This document shows positions 37,117-48,065 of a stretch of DNA of 64,000 bases, in pieces. Origin of the DNA: an uncultured delta proteobacterium. Its GTDB lineage: Bacteria > Myxococcota > Myxococcia > Myxococcales > Myxococcaceae. Position 1 is the first letter of the stretch. Every line of letters starts with the position of its first letter. Under the pieces are notes generated by a model. It saw only the letters and a program-made list of their open reading frames with translations, ran no database searches and was not told where the DNA came from. The translations under genes were made by a program, and so were the position numbers. The stretch covers positions 32,001 through 96,000 of the forward strand of contig CAVZMH010000022.1 in assembly GCA_963776345.1 (NCBI GenBank), read 5' to 3'.

Positions 37117-39839
37117 ATGCAGTCGTTGCTGCCGTACCAGGACACCCTGCTGCGCACCCCGCCCGGACCGCCGGCGCAGGTGCTGGCCGAGGGCACGGTG
37201 CTCGCCGGGCGCTTCGAGCTGCGGCGCTTCATCGCCCGCGGCGGCATGGGCGTGGTCTACGAGGCCGAGGACCGCATGCTCCGCGCCCGCGTCGCGGTGA
37301 AGGTCCTCCTCGGGGCGGTGCCCGACGCCGAGGAGCGCATCCGTCGCGAGGTGCTCCTGGCCCGCGCCGTGGCCCACCCCAACGTCTGCCGGGTCTACGA
37401 GCTCTTCGCCCACACTTGCGAGGCGGGCCAGCTGCTCTTCCTGGTGATGGAGCTCCTCGAGGGCGAGACGCTCACCGCGGCCATCGCCCGGCGCGGGCGC
37501 TTCCGGCCCGACGAGGCCGAACCGCTCCTCCGCCAGATGGCCGCGGCGCTCGAGGCCGCGCACGCGCACGGGGTGCTCCACCGCGACTTCAAGAGCAGCA
37601 ACGTCCTCCTCGTCCCTCAGGCGCACGGACGCACGCGGGTGGTGATCACCGACTTCGGCGTCGCCCGCGCGGTGCGGGAGGGACAGAGCGTGCTCACCGG
37701 CAGCGGGAGCTACGTCGGGACCCCGGCCTACATGGCCCCGGAGCAGGCCTCGGGTTCTCCGCTGGGGCCGGGCGCGGACGTCTACTCGCTGGGGGTGGTC
37801 GCCTACGAGATGCTCACCGGCGAGCTCCCGTTCACCGACACGCCGGTCGGCCCGGACGCGGTGCGCGCCCGGCGCCCGCGGATCTCGCCCGGAGCAGCCT
37901 CGAGCTCCCGGATGCCTGGCGCAGGGCACTGGCGCGCGCGCTCGCGCCGTCGGTGGAGGATCGCTGCCCCACGCCCGAGGACTTCGTGCGCCTCCTCTGC
38001 GGCGACCGCATCCGCACGCTCCGAGCTCGCCGCCGTGCCGGTCGCGCGCTGACCCTCGGGCTCGGCTGTCTCCTGGCGCTCGGCGTCGGCGGCGGGGCGG
38101 CGGTGCTGCTCCGGGGCCAGCTCGCGCCGGCGCGCGCGGTGCTCGCGTCGACTCCTTCGAGCTGGGCGCCGGCGGAACCGGCCGCGGCCCGCGCCTGGCG
38201 GAGCGCGCTCCTCCGGCTCGACGCCAGCGACAACCTGGGCGCGGCCACCGAGCTCCGGCGGGTGACCGCGCTCGCCCCGGAGTTCGTCCTGGCGCGCGCC
38301 GAGCTGGCCCACGCCCTCGACCGCGCCGGCTTCTCCGCCGAGGCGCGCGACACCGCCCGCTTCGCCTTCGAGTCCGCGGGCGTGCTCCCCGAGCAGCAGC
38401 GCATGGCGGTGGAGGCCCAGCATCGCGCGCTCTCCGGGGAGCAGGAACGCGCCGCCGGGCTCTGGGGAACGCTCTTCGACCTCTATCCTCACGACGTCCG
38501 GCTCGGCGTGCGCCTGGCCTCGGTGCAGTCCGGCGACGCGCGGAGGGCCACGCTGGTTCGCCTCCAGCGGCTCCCCACCACGCCGCTCGAGGCCGCGTCC
38601 ATCGACTGGGTGGTCTACGCCGGCGCCTTCGACGACGGGCAGCTCGGGCTCGCCGACGCCGCGCTGGCCCGGGTGGCGGACCGGGCCCGGGCGCTCGGCC
38701 TCTCCACGCTCGAGGCGAGCGCGGCCTTCGAGCGCGCCGCCGTGGCGCTGGAGCGCGAGGACACCGACGCCGCGGACCGGCTCCACGCCGAGGCGATGCG
38801 CGCCGGCGCCGGCTCGGAGTGGGCCTGGCGCGCGGCGAAGGACCGGGCCATCACCCTCCGCTACGACCGGCCGCTCGCGGACGTGAGCGCCTGGTTGCAG
38901 CAGGCGGTGGACGGCGCACGCCGGGCGGGGGACGCGCGGCTCCTCGCCGACGTGCTCTGGGACCTGGCGCCGCTGCAGCTCGCGCGGGGGAACCTCCCGG
39001 AGGCCGAGGCCGCGGCGCAGGAGGCCGAGGCGCTCGACCGCCCCCGTCCTCCCGAGTCGCGGTCGCGCGGCGCGCTCACCCGCATGTACCAGTGGCGGGA
39101 GCAGTCCCGCCTCCACCTCGCCCGGGGCGCGCTGGCCGAGGCGGCGCGGCTGGCCGAGCAGGCACAGGAGGAGAACGCCCGCGTCGAGAACAAGGGCTTC
39201 CGGGTGCTGCCCTACCTGGCAGACGTGCTGCGTGCGCAGGGGAAGAGCGAGCGCGCGGCGGATCTCCTGGCGGGGGCGATCAACGAGAAGGGCCTCCCCA
39301 CCTTCATCCAGGGCCGGGTGCTCGTGCAGCGGGCCAACCTCCTGCTCGACCTGGGCCGGGTGGCGGAGGCGCGGCGGCTCTTCGAGCAGGCACGGCCCGC
39401 GCACCGCACCCGCTTCGACGAGGCCTGGGCGGCGCTGGTCCAGGCCCGGCTGCTGCGCCTCGAGGGACGTCCCGCCTCCGCCCGGCTCGAGGCGACGCGG
39501 GCGAGCTCCGTCGCCGAGTCGAACGGGTTCTTCGAGCCGGCGGTCCTGGCTCAGCTGGAGCTGGCCCGGTCCGAGGCCGCACTCGGGCTCGACGCCCGAC
39601 CCCGCGTGCTCGACGCGCGCCGCCGCGCCGCGCAGGCCGGCGTGGTGCCGCTCCGGCTGGAGGCGGAGCTGGCGCTCGGCGAGGTGCTCTCGCCGGCCGA
39701 CGCCTCGGCCCCGCGGGTGCTGGCCGCGCTGGCCCACGACGCGAACTCGCGCGGCTTCCTCCGGATCGCCGCGGGGGCGCGCCGCGTCCTCCAGGGGCCC
39801 CCGTCTCTCCAGCTCGCCTCGCGGCCCGCTTCCCGCTAA
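37117..39839 (+). CDS. Membrane Ser/Thr kinase with C-terminal TPR-like region, frameshifted near 37875
   Basis: GAGGAG RBS, GGMGVV, VAVK, HRDFKSSN, DFG, GTPAYMAPEQ in ORF 36955. It continues in the frame of ORF 36870 with a TM helix and helical repeats. Confidence 0.82.
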
Positions 39840-39853
39840 GGAAGTGGGAGCCG

Positions 39854-40873
39854 ATGTCCACGCACCCCGCTCCAGAGGTCACGGGCTTCGTCGACGTGAC
39901 CTTCACCGTCGAGCCCAACTACGCCGGCTGGCGGCTGGACCTCTACCTCTGTGAGAAGATTCGCCGTCTGTCGCGCACCCGGGTGCAGCGCATCCTCGAG
40001 CGGAGCCTGGTCGCCGATCGGCCACTGAAGCCCAGCACCCGCGTCCACCCCGGGCTCACCTTCACCCTCCGCCGCCGCGCACAGGCCGAGCCCGCGGTGC
40101 CCGAGGACGTCGTCGAGCTGCACCTCGACGCGCACCTCCTGGTGCTGGAGAAGCCCGCCGGCCTCCCCATCCACCCCACCGCCCGCTACCACCACAACAC
40201 CCTGGTGAAGCTGCTCGAGCGTAAGCACGGCCCGGGCCTCCGCGCCGACCCCGCGCACCGGCTCGACCGCGAGACCTCCGGGCTACTCGTCTGCGGCCGC
40301 GGCGCCGACGCCTCCCGGGCGCTGATGCGCGCCTTCCAGTCCGGCGACGTCCACAAGGAGTACCTGGCCATCGTCGAGGGGCACCCGCCGGACGCGTTCG
40401 CCGTCGACGCGCCCATCGCCGAGGGGACCGCCGAGGTGCGCATCGCCGTCCGCATCGACCCCCGCGCCGGCAAGCCCGCCCGGACGCGCTTCCTGGTCGA
40501 GCGCCGGTTCGACCGCGACGGCGCTCCCTTCGCCCTCCTGCGCTGCTTTCCCGAGACCGGGCGTCAGCACCAGATCCGGATCCACGCCCGCGAGGCCGGC
40601 TTCCCCCTGGTGGGGGACAAGATCTACGGCCCCGATCCGGGCTACTTCGACCGCTTCAGCAGGCGCTGCCTCGAGCCCGAGGCCTGGACGCGCCTCCGCC
40701 TCCCCCGCCACGCGCTCCACGCCGCCCGGCTCGCCTTCCCACATCCGGCCACCGGCGAACGCCTGATCTTCGAGTCGCCGCTGCCGCCGGATCTGTCGGA
40801 TTTCTGCCCAGCCGGACGGGGGTCGGGCGAGGTGGGCAAAACGTCCATGTCCCCGCTCCTGACCGCCGCCTGA
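39854..40873 (+). CDS. RluA/RluD family pseudouridine synthase
   Basis: KPAGLPIHP, HRLDRETSG, TGRQHQIRIH, GDKIYG, LHA. Confidence 0.95.
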   Translation: MSTHPAPEVTGFVDVTFTVEPNYAGWRLDLYLCEKIRRLSRTRVQRILERSLVADRPLKPSTRVHPGLTFTLRRRAQAEPAVPEDVVELHLDAHLLVLEKPAGLPIHPTARYHHNTLVKLLERKHGPGLRADPAHRLDRETSGLLVCGRGADASRALMRAFQSGDVHKEYLAIVEGHPPDAFAVDAPIAEGTAEVRIAVRIDPRAGKPARTRFLVERRFDRDGAPFALLRCFPETGRQHQIRIHAREAGFPLVGDKIYGPDPGYFDRFSRRCLEPEAWTRLRLPRHALHAARLAFPHPATGERLIFESPLPPDLSDFCPAGRGSGEVGKTSMSPLLTAA

Positions 40874-40929
40874 CCGCCCGGGGTCACCCACTTGCAGTGC
40901 AGGGCGCCCGGACGCGATCCTCTAGGTCA

Positions 40930-42189
<1,260 letters not shown>

Positions 42190-42314
42190 GCGCGGCCCCG
42201 GACGGCGCCATCCCCCTCGGAATGCTCCAGGGGGCAGCCGGCTGACCTGGGTTCGAGCATCTCCGGCGGTGGACCGACGAGCCCTGGCGGCGCTCCCGGA
42301 GGCGTCGAAACAAG

Positions 42315-42379
42315 TCAGGAAGGTCACCTGTCTATTTCGAAGAAATGGTCAGGTGCGTTTCCTGTCTTCTCGACCCCTC
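42315..42379 (+). repeat. 65-bp AT-rich palindromic repeat, copy 1
   Basis: Matches the reverse complement of 44479-44543 at 57/65 positions by manual alignment. Internal dyad CACCTG.CTATTTC-N3-GAAAT.G.CAGGTG. Confidence 0.85.
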
Positions 42380-42435
42380 GAGCGCGGGCGTCCCGCGCCG
42401 CCCGGCCGAGCGCCCGGTCCACCCAGGAGGCTCCG

Positions 42436-42937
42436 ATGCACCCCGGTCTCGCCCTCGCCCTCGTGCTCCTCGGAGCGCCCCACCGAGTTCGAGGCCGCCG
42501 TGCACGGGGACACCGCGGTGACGACCTACGTCGCCGACGAGGACGAGACCTTCCACGGGGCCAGGATCCACTCCCGCTACCGGATGAGCGAGACCTGGGT
42601 GAAGCGCGAGGGAACCTGGAAGCTGGTCGCCAGCCTGGTGCTCGCCCTGCGCTCGGATCCCCCCGCGCGGCCCACCACCGCCGAGCAGCGCCGCGCATTC
42701 TGCGGCCGCTACGCGCTCGGAGACCTCACCTACGTCGTCCAGTGCGAGGCCGGCGGTCTGAGCGGCGGACAGGCCGGGCGCCCCCCGAAGCGGCTGGAGC
42801 TCGAGTCGCCGGACGTCTTCTTCGTCCCCGGCGAACCACGGACGCGTCGCTTCTTCCAGCGAGATGCAGCGGGCCGCGTCAATGGATTTGTCGAACGGCG
42901 GGAGTCCTGGGACCTCTTCTGGAAGCGCATCGGCTGA
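42436..42937 (+). pseudogene. DUF4440/NTF2-like secreted protein, frameshifted and apparently internally deleted
   Basis: AGGAGG RBS and signal peptide MHPGLALALVLLGA. Frame change near 42480 into HGDTAV...SETWVKREGTWKLVAS. The N-terminal half of the NTF2 domain is missing. Confidence 0.6.
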
Positions 42938-43087
42938 CCGGCGCGCCTCGCCGAGGCGTCACCCCCCCGTGGTACCTCGCTCGCTCAGGAGAGGCGTCAC
43001 GGTTCCCCCATCCGAGGTCCGCGTTCGCCGCCGGTTCGCGCCCGGCGGCCGGCCAGCGCCCCCGCCTCGCCCGGCCCGGGGCCGCTG

Positions 43088-43660
43088 ATGGGCGAGGACC
43101 ATCGCACCGATCCTGACCCGCGGCCCGCGTTGCCGAGCGCCCCCCGCGCGCCCGAGCTGTGGGTGGTGATCGAGGTGCCCGAGCCGGTGCGCAGCGAGGT
43201 GCTCGCGGTCCGTCGCATCGTGAGCCGGACCAGCCAGAAGATCCCGGTGGGCATCGGGTCGGTGGGCCCGCTCCCGCCCCAGGATCTCGCCGACGTCCGC
43301 CGCATCCTCGACGCCGTGGGCGAGGAGACCGGCCCGATCATCGGCCGGTTCGTGGGGCTCCGCCGGTTCCCGCAGACCCGCTACGTCTACCTCGCGCCCG
43401 ATGACGAGCTGGCGACCTCGCTGCTCATCCTCCAGGACCGGCTGGTGGAGTTCGGGCTGAAGCTCGCCCCGGACGTGTACCAGGCCACGCCGCACGCGGT
43501 GATCGGCCGCGTCCCGCCCGAGGCCGAGCTGGAGGTCGCCGCCGGAGCGCGCGCCCTCGTTCCCTCGCCGACGTTCCGGATGACCACCATGGCGCTCTGG
43601 AGCCTCGCCGACCACGACGCGAGCTGCCTGCACCGGGTGCGCCTCAGCGGCGTGCTCTGA
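43088..43660 (+). CDS. 2H phosphoesterase / 2'-5' RNA ligase-like protein (degenerate)
   Basis: F...RYVYL and TPHAVIGR (second H-x-T-like motif). The first His motif is absent. Confidence 0.55.
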   Translation: MGEDHRTDPDPRPALPSAPRAPELWVVIEVPEPVRSEVLAVRRIVSRTSQKIPVGIGSVGPLPPQDLADVRRILDAVGEETGPIIGRFVGLRRFPQTRYVYLAPDDELATSLLILQDRLVEFGLKLAPDVYQATPHAVIGRVPPEAELEVAAGARALVPSPTFRMTTMALWSLADHDASCLHRVRLSGVL

Positions 43661-43957
43661 AAGCGCCCGTGGTGGCGGGCGGGCCGCCGTCGCCTCGACC
43701 TCGACACCAGATCCCTGCGCGGGGCGGCGGCGAGCCTGGAGCGCCGCGTCGTGACCTGGCTCCCTCGAGGTGGGGAGGCCTGGCTTCCGTCCTTGGCGGA
43801 GTGGACCCGAGGGTCTGGAGCGACCACCACGACGAATCGCGGGGATGCATCGTCGCCCAGATGGAAACGGAGCGCCCCTTCGGTCTGGAGGGACGGCAGC
43901 AACACATGGTACGAGAGGTGCCGCTCTTCTCGGTTTGCGAGCGTTGGGGGTGAGCCG

Positions 43958-44326
43958 GTGAAGCAGGACGTGGTGCTGGTGGCGTCGGAGGACGCCGAGA
44001 CGCGCCAGGAGCTCGCGGAGCGCCTGGACTGGGACGACGTCCCCTTCCACCTCGCGTCCTCGGCGCACGAGACGCTGAGCATCGTCGGCCAGCTCCCGGC
44101 GGGCACCCGGCTCTTCGTGGTGCTCGACTTCGAGCGTCGCCCCCGCGCCCGGGTGATGGACGCCCTCCGTGCCCGCGCCGACCTCGAGGTGCAGCTGCTC
44201 CTGCTCCACGACGCGCAGGAGGACGGGCTCAGCGACGACAAGGTGGTGGAGCACGTGCGCCGCCCGGCGGTGCCCGGCTACCTCTACAGCCTGGTCGAGC
44301 GGCACGCGAACGGCGCCGTCGCCTGA
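43958..44326 (+). CDS. Stand-alone atypical receiver-domain protein
   Basis: VVLVASEDAETRQELAERL...VVLD...RRP follows the REC pattern, with an altered acidic pocket and no Lys-Pro. Confidence 0.55.
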   Translation: MKQDVVLVASEDAETRQELAERLDWDDVPFHLASSAHETLSIVGQLPAGTRLFVVLDFERRPRARVMDALRARADLEVQLLLLHDAQEDGLSDDKVVEHVRRPAVPGYLYSLVERHANGAVA

Positions 44327-44478
44327 GCGCCGGCGGGGCTCCCTGCGATCGGCTCTCGTTGGGGAGGTCTCGTTCGGGGTTCCGGTACCACCGCGGACGA
44401 GGAAGTGCTCCCGGCGCGCGGACATCGGAGTAGCGGCAGCCCGAGGCCCGCTGCCCCGGCCGCCCTGCGCCTCGGCCT

Positions 44479-44543
44479 GAGGGGTCGACTAGACAGGAAA
44501 TGCACCTGACTATTTCTGGGAAATAGACAGGTGACTTGCCTGA
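44479..44543 (-). repeat. 65-bp AT-rich palindromic repeat, copy 2 (inverted)
   Basis: Core CACCTGACTATTTC-TGG-GAAATAGACAGGTG has 14-bp arms with one mismatch. Inverted partner of 42315-42379. Confidence 0.85.
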
Positions 44544-44930
44544 ATAGTCTGGACCGCCGCTCGACGCTGGCAGTGAGAGCCTCGCGTCCTGGACTCTGTC
44601 ACGGCCGCGATGAGCGTCCGACGCTGCTCCGTTCCCAGCCACGGACCGTGGGCGCGGCCGTGCGCTCGCCTCGGCCGCCTCCGCGGGTGGCGCGCCCGAG
44701 CTCATGCTGCACCCTGGTGACTTTCTCGGCGCGTTCGCTGCACATGCGCTCCCCGCGGAGCTCTCCTCGGCCAGTGTGCTCCGCGCGCGGGCGCCCCGTG
44801 CAGTCCTCGACCGCCAGGAGTCGCCGGCCCGTGAGCTCGGGTCCAGCGCGCTGGACCTCGGCGACGCGAACGCTGCGCGCGCCGCTCCTCGGCTTCGAGG
44901 AGTCGGCGCGCCGCGACGCCGGGAGATGAG

Positions 44931-47141
44931 TCACTCCGTCCAGAGCCGCCGGTACCACGGACGCGGGTTCTTCACGTCCGCGCCGTCCGGCCCCATCTTC
45001 CGGCGGATGTCATCCATGGGCCACCCGGTGAGCGAGGCCAGCGTCTCGGCCTCCTTGCTGCGCCGCTCGCGCAGCCGCTCGCGGTAGGCGTCCATCGCGC
45101 TGCACTCCGAGGCGCCCTGGTACGGGTGCTGGAGGATGTACCGCCCCTGGAAGTTGCTCCGGTCCGACGTCTCCTGGAACACCAGGTCCTCCGGGAAGTG
45201 CGCGCCGTCGTAGCGGACGTGGAGCCGGGTGAGCAGCACGTTCACCGGCCCGCCCACCGGAGCGCGACGGCCGAACGCCGGGCCGAGCGAGCCCGACGGG
45301 CCCTCGTCCAGCCAGAACACCCCGAGCTGCCGCAGCTCCTCCCGGCTCAGGGGCTGCGCGGCGCACGGGTCGCACCAGCCCATGTCCCAGACGTACTCGG
45401 TGAACACCGCCCGGCGGTCCTCCTTGTCGACGGAGCGGGCGAAGGCGTCCTGGTAGAACTTCCCGAAGTCGCTCCTCACGAACAGCGGCACGTTCACGTC
45501 CGTGGGGATGCGGGTGGTGCGGTAGTTCACCGACTCCACCCGGCCCCGGCGGGTCAGCGCGTAGACGATCATGTCCTGGGGCCCGGCGGCGTTGGCCATC
45601 CCGAGGCGGATGGGGAGCATGAACTTCTTCGACTCGTAGGCGATCTGCAGCGGCCGGAGGTACTGCACGCCGCTGGCCTTCTGGGCCTCGAGGTTCACCC
45701 GGGCCACGAAGAACTTCATGTCCTGGCGGATGTACGGCTGGAGCGCGGCCGCGGCCTTGGCCGGGATGCGGTAGCCGTTCTCCCGGAGCCAGGTCTCGAG
45801 CCCCTCGGACTGCTTCGCGCCGAGGATGAGGATGTCGTACTCGCCCACGCTGTAACGGGCCTCGATGCGGACGCCGAGCGCCTCGTCGCGCTTCTTCTCC
45901 GCGCTGGAGCGCATCGCCATGTCCGCGCTGGGCGCCCCCGCCGCCTTGGCCATCGGATAGACCTGCATGCAGGGGTCCGGGTCGAAGTACTCGACCAGGC
46001 GGGGCGCCGAGTAGGCGTCGAGGTGCTCCAGGAGCCGGCGGTCGCCGACGTGGATCTGCTCGCGCTCCAGCACGGTGGGCACCGGCACCACCAGGGCGAA
46101 CTCGGTGAGCGGCCCGCGGTAGTCGTTGCTCATGGTGAGCACGGTGCGGTCTCCGTCGCGCACCAGCGCCACCTGCGACGACTCGTTGAACAGCTGGGTG
46201 TCGGCCTTTCCCACGTAAAATCCACAGAACGCCGAGGCCGGCGAGGGGTGCAGGAGCACGAGGAGGGGCAGGACCAGCAGCGGCAGGACACGACGGGCGG
46301 CGGGGACGGGCACGGCGACGACTCCTTGGGGTGAGAGCTGGCCGGACGGCCAGGTGAAGCGGGACGCAGGGAAGAGGCGGTCGAGCAGCGGCACCACCGG
46401 CGATGCCAGCAGGAGCGCCCAGACCGGCGCGTTCATCACCCAGGCCTGGTGCTGGAGGACGAAGGCCAGGACTGCCACCGCGACTCCGAAGCCGATCCGC
46501 GCCGAGCGCCGGTCGGGCGTGGTCTTCGGATCGGAGATCATGAAGAAGGTGAAGAGGATGAGGCTCCCCACCAGGAGCTGGTGGCCGAGCACCGCCGGCC
46601 GCTGCCCGAGCCACAGCACCCGGGCCAGCTTCAGCGCCACCCAGCTCCCGAGGAAGGCGAGGCTCACGTCGCTGCGGAAGCTCCGCTGCACCACCGCCAG
46701 CCCCAGCACCGCGAACCAGGCCAGCAGCGCCATGCCCTCGCCCCACTGGCTCGGCGAGCACCAGGCGTGGCCGGTGAGGAGGATGCAGCTGGTGAGCCCC
46801 AGCATCCCCGGGTTGAAGACGTGCTTGCCGCGGACCCGGACCAGGTACTTGGCCCCGATGGCGATGACCGCGGCGAGCGGAGGCACCCAGACCGCGTCGG
46901 TCCGGAGCAAGAGCGACAGGCCGAGCGCGGTGATGAGCGGCGAGCGGAATCCGCTCGCGGGCAGCCGCAAGAGCCGCTCGCAGGCCCACTGGACGGCGCA
47001 GGTGGACGCGAGGAGCAGGGGCGGCATCCAGGGCTCGACTTGCAGCCCGAGGAAAGCCACCCCGAGCACCAGGAAGCTGGCGAGGAAGGCGATCTGGAGA
47101 AGACGTGGATCGCGAGGGAGCAGGCGCTGGAGCGGACGCAT
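44931..47141 (-). CDS. RnfD/NqrB-like membrane domain fused in frame to a DUF2330 domain
   Basis: N-terminal RDPR..QI, KHVFNP, FFMISDPKTTP. C-terminal AFCGFYV, F..VVPVP, YSAPRLVEY, FMLPIRLG, LTRLH.RY. Confidence 0.8.
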   Translation of the reverse strand: MRPLQRLLPRDPRLLQIAFLASFLVLGVAFLGLQVEPWMPPLLLASTCAVQWACERLLRLPASGFRSPLITALGLSLLLRTDAVWVPPLAAVIAIGAKYLVRVRGKHVFNPGMLGLTSCILLTGHAWCSPSQWGEGMALLAWFAVLGLAVVQRSFRSDVSLAFLGSWVALKLARVLWLGQRPAVLGHQLLVGSLILFTFFMISDPKTTPDRRSARIGFGVAVAVLAFVLQHQAWVMNAPVWALLLASPVVPLLDRLFPASRFTWPSGQLSPQGVVAVPVPAARRVLPLLVLPLLVLLHPSPASAFCGFYVGKADTQLFNESSQVALVRDGDRTVLTMSNDYRGPLTEFALVVPVPTVLEREQIHVGDRRLLEHLDAYSAPRLVEYFDPDPCMQVYPMAKAAGAPSADMAMRSSAEKKRDEALGVRIEARYSVGEYDILILGAKQSEGLETWLRENGYRIPAKAAAALQPYIRQDMKFFVARVNLEAQKASGVQYLRPLQIAYESKKFMLPIRLGMANAAGPQDMIVYALTRRGRVESVNYRTTRIPTDVNVPLFVRSDFGKFYQDAFARSVDKEDRRAVFTEYVWDMGWCDPCAAQPLSREELRQLGVFWLDEGPSGSLGPAFGRRAPVGGPVNVLLTRLHVRYDGAHFPEDLVFQETSDRSNFQGRYILQHPYQGASECSAMDAYRERLRERRSKEAETLASLTGWPMDDIRRKMGPDGADVKNPRPWYRRLWTE

Positions 47142-47223
47142 CGTCCGCCTTGAACGGGACCGCCCAGGAAAGGATCTCCGAGGCGCTCCCGCGCTCCCCG
47201 GGCGGGTGGTACCTTCCCCCACC

Positions 47224-47493
47224 ATGTCCACGCCCGACTACGCCGCCATCCGGCTCGGAGACCAGGTCTACACGGGGGAAGGCGCAGACCCGGTCGGCGC
47301 CGTCCGCGAGCTGCGGAGCGGCCCGCATCCCGCGCTGGTCGTCTACATCGAGAACGCCGGCGACGTCGCCATCCCGGTGACCGCCATCCGGTCGGTGCAC
47401 GACGGCAAGGTGGTGCTCGATCCCGACAAGCTCGAGGACCGCGTGCGCCGGGCGCTGGGCCACGTGCGCGACGGCGAGGTCCCAGGCTGGTAG
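47224..47493 (+). CDS. Small hypothetical protein (PRC-barrel-like)
   Basis: IRLGDQVY...VGAVRE...VYIENAGD..IP..AI.SVHDGKV. Confidence 0.7.
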   Translation: MSTPDYAAIRLGDQVYTGEGADPVGAVRELRSGPHPALVVYIENAGDVAIPVTAIRSVHDGKVVLDPDKLEDRVRRALGHVRDGEVPGW

Positions 47494-47497
47494 CGGG

Positions 47498-47598
47498 AAA
47501 AAAAACCGGCGAGCCGCGGCCCGAAGGCCGACGGCTCAGACCGGCGGGCGCTGAACCGGGGGGAGAATCCAGCAGCCCTGCCTCGAAAACGTCGAGGC
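47498..47598 (-). ncRNA. Candidate three-stem-loop small RNA or structured 3' UTR with an intrinsic terminator
   Basis: On the minus strand: GCCTCGA-CGTTT-TCGAGGC, then a stem with a CTCCCCCC loop, then a long stem with a C(UUCG)G tetraloop and U8. Confidence 0.5.
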
Positions 47599-47632
47599 CC
47601 GACCAATCATTCCCCCCATTGCCTCGATTCGC

Positions 47633-48052
47633 CTAGTTTTTTTGCGGGGGCGCCGTGCGCCTGGCCTCTGCCTGGAGCTCGGCCAGGCGGCCCGCCAGCC
47701 CCGGGCGGAGATAGGGGCGCCGGGCGAGCTGATCCTCGAGCCAGGCCGCCACGTCCCCCGCCGACGTCTTCCGCTCCAGCAGAAGGTCCACGTGCGAGCG
47801 CGCGGCGAGCACCGCCACCTCGCGGAGGTGGGGGTCGTCGGCGTCGCGCGAGAGCCGGAGGTCGGCCTCCTCGAGCGCCTGGGCAAAGTTTCCGCTGCGG
47901 ATCATCGCCACCGCCCGGGACTGCACCACCCGTGCGGCAAGCAGCCCGCGGACGGCGAACGCCAGCACCGCCGCCAGCCCCAGCACGCCCACCACCACCC
48001 AGCGGGTGGCGGGGTGGGAGCGGACGTCCGGACTGTCGGTCATCGCCTTCAC
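47633..48052 (-). CDS. Hypothetical membrane-anchored helical protein
   Basis: One TM helix followed by TPR-like helices. Directly downstream of aat. Confidence 0.6.
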   Translation of the reverse strand: MKAMTDSPDVRSHPATRWVVVGVLGLAAVLAFAVRGLLAARVVQSRAVAMIRSGNFAQALEEADLRLSRDADDPHLREVAVLAARSHVDLLLERKTSAGDVAAWLEDQLARRPYLRPGLAGRLAELQAEARRTAPPQKN

Positions 48053-48065
48053 CAGGGGGAAGCCT

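Noticed and set aside
42249..42270. GGGTTCGAG resembling a tRNA T-loop
   Set aside because: No paired T-stem, cloverleaf or CCA end.
42315..44543. The repeats interpreted as CRISPR repeats or integron attC sites
   Set aside because: Only two copies, inverted and about 2 kb apart. No spacers, cas genes, integrase or RYYYAAC/GTTRRRY boxes.
44545..44930. Short ORFs next to the second repeat as a transposase remnant
   Set aside because: No HUH, DDE or recombinase motif recognisable in any frame.
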